Source: Tubiluchus corallicola (taxonomy: Eukaryota; Animalia; Priapulida). Taken from it: a DNA stretch of 64,000 nucleotides. The notes under the pieces were generated by a model. That model was not told where the DNA came from, searched no databases, and was given only the letters and a program-made list of their open reading frames with translations. A program made the translations under genes and the position numbers. Positions within the stretch are counted from its first letter, which is position 1. Every line of letters starts with the position of its first letter. Below, piece by piece: positions 52,117 to 63,324 of this stretch. Location: contig JAQGDQ010000189.1 in the NCBI GenBank assembly GCA_030141605.1, positions 355,217-419,216 on the forward strand, given 5' to 3'.

Positions 52117-55100
52117 TCAAGCAACTGTTGAAACAACGGAAACAAAACCAAGAAAAACAACTACGAAACCCCACACCCAATATTTGTCAAATTAACATAA
52201 AAAACAGACCAGGGGTTGATGAAAATTTTAGCTATATTGCCAAGCGTATACGCGTGTGGATGCCTTTAGGCTATTTTGGTATTGCATTACGTAACACATG
52301 TGAAATAAACTGAGTAGAATTGAAACTCTCCTGCAGTAATATAATTAACAAAACTGTTGTAATCAACAAGCAAGATTCTACATTTCAGACATGATAAACG
52401 AGAAATAACGAAATCTATAACAGCTACTTTTGTTTACATTTAGGCGTGAGTAGCAACAGATTTGCTTGAAATTTGTTTATCGCTGCTTAGAACGTGTTTA
52501 AAATCATTTCTCAATGCAAAGTTGATACCTCGTTCCAGCTCTTTACCATTTCCGTCACAATAAATGGTTTTAACGCAAGACTTTTGATTGTAAGTCGACT
52601 TCGGAAACGGTTCGTCCCACAATGAAGACGACTGCAAACTAGAGTTGAGAACTGTTAGGCTTTAACCGTTATTAATCGAGGTTGGTTAGCCAATATAAGA
52701 AAATGGTGTAAGAAAATATCTAATATACATGACTTGCAGGAGTAAGCGGTGCAGATCAAATCTAGCATGCACCAGCGAGAATGTCCAACATGGCGGCATC
52801 ATCGTAACATACGCGTGTGAAAAACTTTTTGTAATTTACCATTTAGATGCTTCTTAGGCAGCCAGATTAATTGCAATAACGTTGTAAATAGTAAAATTTT
52901 ATGTAAGTGGGACATTAATAACTGCATATGCCAACTCAGGAAAGATACAAATTTTCATTAATATGGATAAGCTGAAAATTTAGCTAAGTAACGGTTAAAC
53001 GGTTAGTGATTTTCTAAACGGTTACACCAGTTAGCGGTGGCTTAAACAGTCAAATGTTTCGTCCCGATTGCAAATCCCCAAAACTTAAGTTACACACTGA
53101 CTGGTTAGCTAAAATCTCATGCACAGCCCCACAATTTCAAGATTGTGAAAACGTTTAATAATGACCATTCGATGAAACACAAGCACATACACATACACAT
53201 CTCTCACAACAAGTAAGATAAGCTAGCAGCATCTGACATAAACATCTAACGCGACAGGTACGACTATCCACTCTGCCACGAAACAGAAACATCTCATCTA
53301 ACTATTTCTAGCAAGACAGGCAATAATTTATGCAAAAAAAATAAATGAAAAACAGAATTAAAAGAGAAACTAGTTGCTAGTGACAACAAGACTGATGCCA
53401 GTGGCCATAATCTGTCTTCATGAAATCTACAAACATGTACAGACTTTGCACAAAGGCTCCTGGCATGAGGCAAGTGTCGCCATCTATATTTAAAAGAACG
53501 AAAAAAGAAATGCAACGTGATGATTTAAATGCAAACTACCTTCCAGCTGGCGGATGATTTGACGGGTTTGGGAGGAGGCGGCGCGTCCTGCCAGTTGTTC
53601 TCCAAATCTTTAAATATCTTGTCCAGCTTCTGAGGAAGAAAAACATCAAGCATTGTTAGGTGTAAACGCAGAAAAACAAACAAAAAAGCAACTTAAAATG
53701 ACTAATTGATTACAGTACAGTAAATCTTCACAATAACGAACGTCGTTCTCACAAATTTCAAATATAACGGACGATTTCAACTCGCTCCATTTTGAAAGGG
53801 TTTAATAGGGTTTCTCACCTATAACACACAAGTTCTTGCAAACCAAAATTGTCTAGAACTCGGCATACAGTGTTCCCTCGCTACTTCGCGGTTCGTTTAT
53901 CGCGGACTCGCTGTTTCGCGGGTTTTCAAAAATATTAGCATAAAATATTTATCGCGGTATTTTCGCTGTTTCGCGGACTCCGTCTAAAGTATTTTTGCAC
54001 ATGCGTAGCACGTATTGTACAGTAATGTACCGATTTGATGAATTTTGCATAAAAAAAATCACAAAATGTATAAAAATATATTAAAAATATTAATTCTAAC
54101 ACTAAAAGAATATTATAAATCATAAAAAATTACCATTCACAGTAAATAGTGTATTTATTCGGCGGATGAATACACACCAAAAATGATATGTAGTACTTGC
54201 GCCCGCTTGAGATGCTACTTGCCGACATGAGATTGTACACAACACAAGATTGGTTGATTGATGGAAAGCGACCAACCATGTATAACTAAGCCATCTATTG
54301 GATTTAAAAGTAGCTTCAATGTGCTATTACAAAGTCCATAGCAACCACATTTTCGTACGATTGCTAAGTTTTTTGTAGAAACACGACAAAAACAATGGCT
54401 GACTTCAACAGTGATTTTCTCAAGATTATGTTTTCAGTGCACAGCCTGCACCTCAACTTCAACGTGGATTATCTTACCTTAGAAATAACTCTAAGCAATG
54501 AACTTAGGTGGAGATTAACAAAAAAACTTACCGGACTTGCAGGCGTTCGCGGCGTCCATGTTGGACTGTTTGTAATTTGACCCTCCATTTCGTCGTGGTA
54601 GGAAGAAATACTGTGCCCTCCGGGAGAAGGTGCTGGCATGTTAGGAGTTGGGGGATGGGAGGGTGGTCTCATCGGTGGCATGTCCTACAAACAAACAAAC
54701 AATTATTACGTTTTCTATGTACGTCTCTGCGAATTCGCTAGCGACATTCGCTAATGATACGAAAATTAATTTTTCGCAACTAAAATTCTCAGAAACTTGG
54801 TACCTACTAATAGCAGAATATACACATTATTTATTGCCTAATAAAATTAATTATATCAAGGCTGATATATGATTTTATCCAATTTTATTACAAGTCAATT
54901 TTTAATACACGCATTTAAAAACATTTATAGTTAAAAGACAACACAACTTTATTACAACTTTTACATTAAAAAGTTAAAATCATGCCAAACGTTTCGACAG
55001 ACTGCTGCTGTCATCATCAGTGGTAAATTTACAAACATACAACCAGTTTACATAGGCAGCTTATTATGGATTAATTAAGTAGTTAACAGAAACCAAATAG

Positions 55101-58100
55101 GTAATGAATAAGTATCAATGTCTGTACTGCTGCTCTGCTTATTCATTATCTATTTGGCATCAGTTAACTACTTAACTTTTTAATGTAAAAGTTTTAATAG
55201 AGTTCTGTCATTTTTAACTAAAAATTTTATTACGATGTAGCATCAATAGCAAAACCCATCGTGCAATTTGAGCAACAGTGTGACTCTTAGCAAACATTAT
55301 AACTTCCGAGTAAGACCTAACTTGACAATGAACAATTTGATCCAATCACATGCATCGTACCAACTTAAGAAGCCAATCAAATTTGTCCTTCTGGAAATCC
55401 AAGAAATGTTTCGATCATTGTAACCTGCATACTTAAAATTGTAATACAAAACTCAACATACTGCAACTTGTTTCCGAAGACGTTGCATATCATCGCCGGG
55501 CATGCTGGGTTGTTGCACCATGTCCGAAGGTGGCACGTGCATTGGTGGTACCATACTGACCGAAGAGGGAGCCACGGATGCTACCGGACTAGTAATCGCC
55601 TGCGTGGTCACGGTGGTCGCAGCTGAAAGACAGTCAGATACAGTTAAAGTAACATTCAGATAAAGTAATAAGTCCAAACAAAGGAAAGGGTTAAGCTATA
55701 ACCTTGTCTGTGAATGATTGAAAGAAATGAAGCCATAATGCACATGGCTTCAATAACATTGGGACGTATATATATTCAGTATGTTCACGAGGCTTCAGAC
55801 CGGCCACAAAAAATTACTTCTGTCGTACCTCACGAGGAAGGAAAACTGTTTTAAAGCTTTGTGGATGTTTAAAGCTGAATCGTGGTACATTTAAAATCAG
55901 TTGAAATCAAAGTTTGTTTTATTTCCCACTGATAAGCAGTAACATTTTAAGTTTTTTTAATGCACATTTTCATGTTTTGTTTTTTAGTTTAGCATTACTA
56001 AATTACCGTATAATTATTGATTATTGTATAATCTCTTATTTGTATCATGAATGCGTGTGTGTGTATCTGATAATTACGGTTTAAGCGGCAACACTATTCG
56101 GCCGTTAATACACCGATTTGGTGGAAAATTCAATACTTTTTAGCCTCCAATACAAATGAGCAGCATACAAATTGGCAACCCTGGCCGAGAGTTAGCCGTG
56201 GAAAACATGGTCACATCCGGTGTTCCCCAAGGAACGATGTTACAGTAATTATTACGCTTTGCGTTTTAAATTTAAAAAATACGCTTTTATATGACTGGGT
56301 CAAGTATATGAACTATAAAATACCCGGTCAGGTGCGCGATAAAAGATATATAATACGGGCAATTAGACGGAAACAGTAGTATTTTTATTGTCGATCTCAC
56401 ATGAAACGCAAATGCCGATGCACCCTATCTACACAATGTGTAACACCTGTAACCCACGATGCACCCCATCTACACAACGTGTAACACCTGTAACCCTTGT
56501 GAAAATGAGAGGTAAGGAAGGGAGGTAGATGTGATTGCACTGACTGTACATATCTTACCTGCAGAGACGATGCTGTCACTCATGGCTGACGGCGTATGAG
56601 AACGAGAGTGGGGCGACGACATGCCATCCATGCTGTTGTGTAAAGGACTAGCACCCGGTGGTCTCATAGTTGGCGACGTCACCATGCTTGGGCTCATCAC
56701 TCGCCGTCCAGCATTGGGGCTCATGTTGGGACCCAGCCCCGGCGAACCACCCATCATGCTGGGAGGAGGAGGACTCATTCCGCCGCTGTTGAACTTTCCT
56801 CCGGCAAACATTCCGCGCTGTTGCTGAGACTGCAGATACGACCGCTGACTGACGGGATGTGATTTCTCCGCAGCTGCCGCTTTTATGGCCTCCATGGCGG
56901 CCGCTTGAGCCCCTCCAGATGGAAGACTGTTGACATTAGGTGACATATTAGCAGGCATCTCTTGCCTAATACCAGGACCACCGAGACCCATAGGCGGCAT
57001 GCCGTACTGTTGCCCGTACCGTTCACTGGGAGGTGGTGCGCCGCGGTAATTTGCCCCGTACGGAGGCATAGAGTTCATACCGCTGCTACTGTAGTGACCG
57101 GGCTGTGAACTCGGATAATTAGCCGGCTGTCCACCATATCCCGGTCCTCCTAGACTTCCTTGTGGACCACCACGGTTGTAGGCACCTGCGAAAAAAAGGT
57201 CCACAATGATGAGATTGTCAATACACTGAATGCAATCTTCTGTAGGGGAACCACTACGTTATTAAAAAACGTTCAAAGAGTATCCGAAACTACTTTCTTT
57301 TTATTGTAAAGCCTAAAAAATCCTCTACTTACATACTGTGTTTTTGCATACAGGGCTTGCGTGGGCAGTAACACTGCATAAAACTTGTAAATTTAAACTC
57401 CCATGGTGATGACCGTTACAAGCAGCCATTTTGACAATAAGTCGTTTGAAACGAGTTTAGATAACATTGAGTAAAGTTTGAAAAAGTAATCAGAGCATTC
57501 ATAGCGCATACGTCATTAATTAAGAATAATTCTAAATTACTGCATTTTGTCAATGAGATTAAAAATGCATTTTTGGTTAGTGAGAGTGGTGCACCCTGGA
57601 GGAGAGTCAATGACACTTTGCCAAGTGGTGAAAAAATTTTAAATAATTAATAATTTTCTTTCCTAGTTACATAAGTCTTTCTAGCAGGTAAGCGAAAAGC
57701 TAAGTAATATAACTTTGCATGGAAAGTTTCTTGGGACATAATTTAACATTTCCCTTTCTTCCCCTGATTTACATTATGATGTCATGTAATGGCGCAGACG
57801 GAACACTATTGCGGGAGATTTAAAATGAAAACAAACAGAAAGTCCTTTCAACGCAAGAACGATATACAGTATATACTTATGTACAAGTCGATATGCATTT
57901 AAAGACCAAAAATTGCACCATCTTACACATTACCTGTGTATAAGTCGACCCTAAAATATTAAGATCTTCCAGAGTAACTGATGTGGTTCGACACCTTCCC
58001 ATTTGAAGAAAAAATAATTTACTAAAATTAATACCTCTGCGTAGTTGTGTTTTATATACTGGTAATTGTATTGTATATATTGTATGCTGGTAATCAATAT

Positions 58101-61100
58101 TTTGCCAATAAAACACGCAAATACAAGGCTAGTGTAAAACTTCCCGCGGAAGCCAACAGGCGGCAGCACCTGCACAACATTGGCGGTTTCCATGTTCTGA
58201 TCGAGCACTCTGTCGCTAGTTTATTTACCGGTAATATATAAATTTTAACTTAATTTCACATACATTAAAATAAATTACAGTAATATTTGTTAATTTTGTG
58301 AAGTAATGTCAAGATGCGAACATTCTCTGGTGTGAAATATCACAGTATGAGTGTTCATTCAGTCCAGCGTATAATGAAGGATCATTTCTTTACATATTCG
58401 TATTGTAGACGACTCTTTAGCGACATCTCCCAAAAACATATCTTAAGTATAAGTCGACCCCAAAAATTTCACCTTAAAATCGCCTCCCAAAAATTCGACT
58501 TGTACATAAGCATCCACAGCATGCATAAAATCACTATAAAGTAATATAATTTTTTCCGCAGCTTTTCTGAAACCTACTCCAGGTGCCCCCTTTTCTTGTC
58601 CTTAAAGTTGAGAAACATAGAATGTAATGTAGCCTAACAAGAGAAAGCTATCATAACTTGGATGTGACACACAAGTAACACACACGTAAAGCCTTGAACT
58701 TGAATAACTACACAAATCTTTACCATATTGGCTCTGTTGCGATTGACTCCCGGGACCTCCGTACTGGTTCATCTGCGAAGACAACGAACTAGGAGGCGGG
58801 ACTTTGCCAGAACTGTAAGCACTTTGATTACTCATTTGCGGAGACATGATCTGATGATTGTAACCTGAAAAACAGTGAAGTATCAGTAGGGGTAAGCATC
58901 GAACGATCGAATTCAATTTGAACGAGTTTTTTTTGTTCAGATTCGATGCGAACGAGCTTTTTAGTTCGAATTCAATTCAAACGAGTTTTTTTAGTTCGGA
59001 TTCGATTCGAACGAGTTTTTTTAGTTCGAATTTAATTCAAACGAGTTTTTTAGTTCGGATTCGATTTGAACGAGTTTTTTTAGTTCGAATTCGATTCAAA
59101 CATAAAATTACAGATTCGAATAATTCGGAACTTCAACCACATGTGCTCTCTATTACTAAAACATTTGAAACAGCAACGCGGATTAGCACAATTTATTGGC
59201 AGTTTCTGTGCAAAATTTTTAAACAAATTATCAGCGGTTTTACTGCAGAGCAAAATCGAGCAATATGCATGACCTTTGTAAGATCACTTTTGCTGCTGGT
59301 TTGAAAACTCGTTCAAAAATCGAAATACTAAAATTCGACTCTGATTCGAATTCGCTTTGTGGTAGAGAATGTTCCCCAGTGGCATAGCTAACGAGGGAGC
59401 AGCCACTCACTACCCCCCTCCCTCCCTGAGAACATTTTTCAAAACCGGTACCTTTTCAACAACCTACCTGACCACCTTTTCTCTTTGATCACTTTGCTTC
59501 CCATGGTTTTGAATGACAACAAGTATCATGCCCCAAATCTAATTAATATAATACGTTCATGACACACGCTGATACACTTGTAGCTTAGACCAGGGGTGTG
59601 CAAGTTGCGGCCCGCGGGCCACTTGCGGCACGCCAAGAGAATTTGTGCGGCCCGCAAAGAGATTTGTCAACCTAATGAAAGTGCGGCCCGGGTGATTAAT
59701 TGAGTGTATCCAGTTGAAGTCCGTGCCACAATCCCCCAAGATAGTGCGGGTAGTTTTTTCTTCTAGATCGGATGCCATTAACACTTACAAGACGGTTGTA
59801 GTTTAATGTCACTGTACTACACAGACTGTGTGATACACATTACTAATATGCATTGTAATGAAATTACCACTATCTGTCCTGAAAGTAGAAATATATGGTT
59901 TGTAATATAAATTTTAATAACTTTTAAAATAGTTTCTTGAGTGTAGTAGTAATGATGTATGCAGGTCGGATGCAGAAAAATCATTATTAGGCCTTTCTAT
60001 ACTTGGCTCCTTGATCAAACTGCCTGTGGCCCACAGGAATTGCGGGAAAGTTTAATACGGCCCGGCTAGTCAGATAATTTGCACACCCCTGGCTTAGACA
60101 AACACATAATTGCTTCATGTGTCACGGTGCCTTTTTCACGTGCTTGCTCCCCCTTTAACTTTAGAACCTAGCTATGCCCCCCCCCCTCCGAGAACGATTC
60201 ATTAAAAAACATGACTGCAGAAAAAATACGAGTGTAGAGACTACGACAGACCTTGGTTTGGCATGGAGGACTGCGGACTGTCAACTGACGACGGTGGCCG
60301 TGGTGGCATTGGAATGTTTGGACCTGAAACGAAATACAGCCAACTTTAGTACGCCACAAACGCAACAAGACTAATACACTCCTGGTGGTGATTCTTGACA
60401 ATTAAAAACTGTCAGCAATTTACCAAAAGATGTATTTTATCATCTGTACACTGTGCACAAAAAAAAACAATTATACGAACAACCATGGCTGATCACACAG
60501 GAAAGGAAAAATATGCTCAAGTAGTTTAGAACTACTAAGTATAGATGGCAGCACGTGTACATGTTCAGAATAGACAGCACACAGTTGGTGAACTTTGGAA
60601 ACACTAGAAATTAAAGACAATAACCTAAGAGAAAAAGAAGTAAGAAGAAGAGAGATAAGATTAAAAAAATTAAAATATTATGGCGGGAAATACAATTTAT
60701 TTACAAAGATGGCGCAAGAAAATATTTTAGTTTTTCTTTATTGACATGTTGCGTGCACTTGCACGTTTGTTAGGAATACAACAAATGTCAAAATAGTAGT
60801 ACAATAATGAATATGCAAAGACTGTCCAGTACCCAGTTAGTTTCAATTTTCTGTTTATTTAACAAAACTTGCACAACAATTTTATTCCCAACATGCAAAA
60901 GCACAAGGGTCATCATGGTCTTACTTTACGCACATATCACACATGCATGTGTGCACACAGCTCATCATGGCCGTATTTTGCGCACACATCACACATGCAT
61001 GTGTGCACACAGCTCATCACGGCCTTACTTTACGCACACATTGTGCACGCATGTGTGCACAGAGCTCACCACGTCCTTATTTTAAGCACACATCGTGCAT

Positions 61101-62923
61101 ATCACGGCCTTATTTTACACACACATCGTGCATATCGAAAAGGCCTTATTTTACGCACACATAGTGCATATCACAAGGGCCTTATTTTACGCACACATCG
61201 TGCAAGTGTGCACGCCAGCAGTTTACGTGTGCTGGCAACAGCCTGAAGCTGCAGGTTTCCTCTGACATTTTCCAAAGCCAACTAGAGAGAGAAGCTTGCA
61301 TCCCACTCTCTCATTAGCTAGCAGCAGCATTAACCGTCCTGGCTTCCCTTCTGTGCATTAGCCCAATGGCTTCGCAAGCCTGCCAGACTGCATTTATCTT
61401 GCTTTCCATCCATATAGGCCGGCGCGCAAAATGCTACATCAATGTATTATTGAGAAGGTTGCCATGGCGACCAGGAAGCTGCAGTGTTCCTCAGTGACAT
61501 CAGCCTCAGTTTTAATAAGAGAACATCGTCAATATTGAGCGGGAGCCGACGCAGCGTGCCAGCTGCAACTGCAGAGAACACTGTATAATGCAGCTTAGTC
61601 GAGTATGTAGGAAACTATACATAAAATATCAGTCATTTAGCTAGAGAATATAAAAAAGAAGAGAAAATGAAAATAAAGAACCGCGTAAAATAAACAGGAC
61701 AGTGATTTATGCCCAAAAATCCGGGAGATTTCAAAATAAAAAAGCCTTTCGTAATGTTTAAACAAAACGTCAGCCAACCTAACTTAAAATCACAGAATTC
61801 TAACTATAATTACGTTTTAATTGGAAAAAAATCGATCAAATTCAGTCATATTTTAGCGCTAGAAAATGTGGCCCAACCGGCCTGAATTAGAAAAGTATTA
61901 TTCCCTACAGACGGTTGATATTTTAATCAACTTTGTTAAACTGTTATGCAATAAATTAAGTTCAACTTAAAATAGATTAAATTCTGATCAATAAAAAAAA
62001 GAATTTTTGAAAACGAGAACAGGTTTGTACCAGTGTACAGCTATGAAGAGGATTTCACTGAATATTCATTGCAAAATCAGTGACAAATAATGCTTATTAT
62101 TCATTAGTACAATCACGTTAATGAATACTTATTATTCATTGCTAAAATTATTGACGAATAACGGTAACTTTTTATCAAAATCGTTCTTGTAACTTTGTCT
62201 AAACTTATCTACAAAATCATTCATGAATATTAGTCACCATTCATTTATATAGATAAGTTTAACGATGAACGCTAAGTGACATAATGACATACATGTAATT
62301 ATATGTATATGTTGCATATATAAATAATGATATATATATGTGTGTATATATATATATGTGTGTATTTATATATATATATATATATAGTCACTCTTTATAT
62401 ATACATTATTTATTTGTATATATATATATATATATATGTATAACTTAGTAATAACTTACAACTTTTCATGCAAAGATTTGCCGTATTGTTTCCTAGCAAC
62501 CCGCTGGTTCAAGTCATAACCTCACCTACCTCATAAGAATTAAGAAATGGTATGTATGTCAAGATTCAGCTTAGTAATAACTTACAACTTTTCATGCAAA
62601 GATTTGCCATATTGTTTCCTAGCAACCCGCCTGTTCAGTTCATAACCTCACCTACCTTATAAGTATTAAGAAATCGTATTTCGTTCCCGAACTGCTTGCA
62701 CTCGTGCACTTACAGATAAAAATGCTCACCAGGTGGTAGCACACTTACCAGTTGTATTAGCTGGACTCATTGAACGTGAGCTGGTGGATCCGACTGGCGA
62801 CGGAGCAGTTCTCAGAGCGGACACGGAGGGGTGCATCGCCGTCGACCCACCCTGCGACCCTACACTGGCACGCCCACTGTCATCAGACTGGATATCGTTA
62901 CTGTTGGACTCACCAGGGAGATC
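37205..62923 (-). CDS. ARID1: ARID1/osa (BAF250) SWI/SNF chromatin-remodelling subunit; spliced gene, 5' end outside the window
   Basis: 16 GT-AG exons join in frame (5673 nt). Motifs match ARID1A/B and Osa: [30 protein letters not shown] domain ([18 protein letters not shown]...[10 protein letters not shown]), [24 protein letters not shown]-terminal BAF250_C. Confidence 0.96.
38984..39546 (-). mobile_element. Diverged family A copy filling most of the last ARID1 intron
   Basis: TTAA-AGGAAAACTGGA end, collinear but more diverged internal sequence. Confidence 0.7.
39669..39871 (-). CDS. ARID1: ARID1 exon ([33 protein letters not shown]...)
   Basis: 203 nt; highly conserved ARID1 EHD1-region motif. 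Confidence 0.96.
39908..40380. mobile_element. MITE with CAGGGTTCCC termini
   Basis: CAGGGTTCCCAC / GCGGGAACCCTG TIR with subterminal TTTCCCTGA repeats. Confidence 0.8.
40616..40745 (-). CDS. ARID1: ARID1 exon ([27 protein letters not shown])
   Basis: 130 nt; matches ARID1A [20 protein letters not shown].KDI. Confidence 0.94.
40846..41718. mobile_element. Foldback element with about 140-bp inverted arms, interrupted by family C
   Basis: 40846-40987 is the reverse complement of 41577-41718 with scattered mismatches. Confidence 0.82.
40992..41528 (+). mobile_element. Family C MITE, copy 1
   Basis: TIR CAGGGATGAGAAT / ATTCTCATCATTG; flanking direct repeat AATTATA; close match to 51212-51727. 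Confidence 0.87.
42283..42476 (-). CDS. ARID1: ARID1 exon (WPRDQYGG...MPLKMQ)
   Basis: 194 nt, GT-AG, phase 1 to 0, open frame. Confidence 0.83.
42872..43004 (-). CDS. ARID1: ARID1 exon ([17 protein letters not shown]...)
   Basis: 133 nt, phase 0 to 1; KRHPDF resembles Osa RRHPDF. Confidence 0.87.
43585..44160 (+). mobile_element. RTE LINE ORF2 fragment
   Basis: RLSKAR..YGRL.KI...[14 protein letters not shown]...YG...WK and [14 protein letters not shown]. Confidence 0.78.
44311..44407 (-). CDS. ARID1: ARID1 exon (YDNGVPVH...YPGSYQ)
   Basis: 97 nt, donor gtgagt, phase 2 to 0. Confidence 0.82.
45482..45617 (-). CDS. ARID1: ARID1 exon (GDQGGPQ...YGNQYDNQ)
   Basis: 136 nt, GT-AG, phase 1 to 2, open in the required frame. 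Confidence 0.82.
46428..47723 (-). CDS. ARID1: ARID1 large low-complexity exon
   Basis: 1296 nt, phase 1 to 1; begins [10 protein letters not shown], contains VQDPFAD (cf. ARID1 QDPF.D). Confidence 0.92.
47801..48060. repeat. About 140-bp tandem duplication
   Basis: acagacaaggaagccattgtccaggaagtg at 47801 and 47941. Confidence 0.9.
48450..48605 (-). repeat. Dispersed repeat family D
   Basis: Reverse complement of 20985-21125. Confidence 0.75.
48723..48945 (-). CDS. ARID1: ARID1 exon, ARID domain second half
   Basis: [40 protein letters not shown]; 223 nt; phase 0 to 1. Confidence 0.96.
49024..49715 (-). mobile_element. Family A copy with internal duplication, in the intron splitting the ARID domain
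   Basis: TTAA-AGCAAAACCGGA...TCATCCTGTCTTTCT; about 80-bp internal tandem duplication near 49215-49370. Confidence 0.85.
49756..49944 (-). CDS. ARID1: ARID1 exon, ARID domain first half
   Basis: [30 protein letters not shown]...[17 protein letters not shown]; 189 nt; GT-AG. Confidence 0.96.
51212..51727 (+). mobile_element. Family C MITE, copy 2
   Basis: TIR CAGGGATGAGAAT / ATTCTCATCCCTG; flanking direct repeat TAGACA. Confidence 0.88.
53540..53629 (-). CDS. Candidate cassette exon of ARID1 ([30 protein letters not shown])
   Basis: 90 nt, acceptor ttcttcctcag, donor AAG/gtagtt, phase 0 to 0, open frame, GC-richer than flanks; no homology recognised. Confidence 0.55.
53716..54350. mobile_element. 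Tigger/pogo-like MITE remnants (two starts)
   Basis: TA-CAGTAAATCTTCACAATAACG and TA-CAGTGTTCCCTCGCTACTTCGCGG termini, TCGCGG repeats; right ends not resolved. Confidence 0.55.
54532..54684 (-). CDS. ARID1: ARID1 exon ([14 protein letters not shown]...PRTPASP)
   Basis: 153 nt, phase 0 to 0; PPTP..PSPG..SISS.H.E....SP.W.RTPASP matches the pre-ARID segment of ARID1/Osa. Confidence 0.92.
54920..55228. mobile_element. Penelope-like pseudo-LTR remnant with inverted repeats
   Basis: About 50-bp outer inverted repeat (54927-54977 vs 55172-55225), inner hairpin 55075-55175, and the hammerhead motif. Confidence 0.6.
54983..55025 (-). ncRNA. Minimal type I hammerhead ribozyme motif (Penelope-like element type)
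   Basis: Minus strand CCA-CTGATGA-T-GACAG(cagcagt)CTGTC-GAAAC-GTT-TGG: intact core boxes, 5-bp stem II, palindromic AACGTT stem III, short stem I. Confidence 0.75.
55462..55622 (-). CDS. ARID1: ARID1 exon (ATTVTTQ...RLRKQVA)
   Basis: 161 nt, acceptor ctttcag, donor gtatg; phase 1 to 0. Confidence 0.82.
56559..57185 (-). CDS. ARID1: ARID1 exon (AYNRGGPQ...AQAAAMEA...SIVSA)
   Basis: 627 nt, GT-AG, phase 1 to 1; G/P/M/S-rich with the AQAAA motif typical of ARID1/Osa. Confidence 0.9.
57310..58602 (-). mobile_element. Family B copy interrupted by a nested MITE
   Basis: Matches 29946-30586 up to 57866 and resumes at about 58522, ending ccccttttcttgtcct-TAA. Confidence 0.8.
57867..58519. mobile_element. 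Tc1/mariner (Tc2/pogo-like) MITE nested in family B
   Basis: TIR CAGTATATACTTATGTACAAGTCGA / TCGACTTGTACATAAGCATCCACAG, inserted at a TA; internal gtataagtcgaccc repeats. Confidence 0.78.
58724..58864 (-). CDS. ARID1: ARID1 exon (YNHQIMSPQ...QQSQYG)
   Basis: 141 nt, GT-AG, phase 1 to 1, Q/S/G/Y-rich low-complexity sequence. Confidence 0.85.
58887..59376 (+). mobile_element. TTCGAA-rich hAT-like MITE
   Basis: TAGGGGTAAGCA start, arrays of TTCGAA/ATTCGA; homologous to 35479-35848. Confidence 0.72.
59377..60182. mobile_element. Older hAT-like MITE hosting the 59591 element
   Basis: Ends CAGTGGCATAGCTA / TAGCTATGCCCC. Confidence 0.6.
59591..60091. mobile_element. hAT (Charlie-like) MITE with perfect 8-bp TSD
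   Basis: TIR CAGGGGTGTGCAA / TTGCACACCCCTG, TSD GCTTAGAC on both sides, subterminal GCGGCCC repeats. Confidence 0.92.
60252..60323 (-). CDS. ARID1: ARID1 exon ([24 protein letters not shown])
   Basis: 72 nt, acceptor gtttcag, donor gtctgt; phase 1 to 1; matches the ARID1[11 protein letters not shown] motif. Not in the ORF track in this frame. Confidence 0.88.
60910..61215. repeat. Degenerate minisatellite
   Basis: Recurrent ggccttattttacgcacacatcgtgca and catgtgtgcacacagctcatc units. Confidence 0.85.
62444..62680. repeat. 126-bp tandem duplication
   Basis: cttagtaataacttacaacttttcatgcaaagatttgcc at 62444 and 62570. Confidence 0.88.
62749..62923 (-). CDS. ARID1: ARID1 exon (DLPGES...[18 protein letters not shown])
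   Basis: Acceptor tttttcag, donor gtaag; phase 0 to 1; Osa-like [12 protein letters not shown] motif. Confidence 0.88.
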
Positions 62924-63324
62924 CTGAAAAAGAGAACACATTTTTGATGCACACGGTATTTCAAAAAGTTTGCATGTTAAAGGAAAACAGCACGATTTTT
63001 CACATCCTACCCCATTTTGAAGTACGATAAAAAGTTTTAACACCTACAATAACGTCAAAGCATTTATGACAACTAAATCTATATATTAATTCTACTGGTA
63101 TATATATATATATATAAGATTCGAGCCTACAGCTCGGACGACGGCAGCGATCTATACATCAAACGAAAGGTCTCGATCTAGTGTCGTGCCATTGGGGGTT
63201 TATTTTTCAAATCGGGCCCACCGCGAGGAACGGGGGGATGGCAAAAAACCTTAAAAAATGGCCATTTTCGGCCGTTTTTGCAAAAGTTATACGCCTGAGA
63301 TCTGAAGAACGGGAATAATAAATT

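Noticed and set aside
62730-62748. Alternative ARID1 donor (gtgag)
   Set aside because: A 19-nt extension would shift the frame relative to the next exon.
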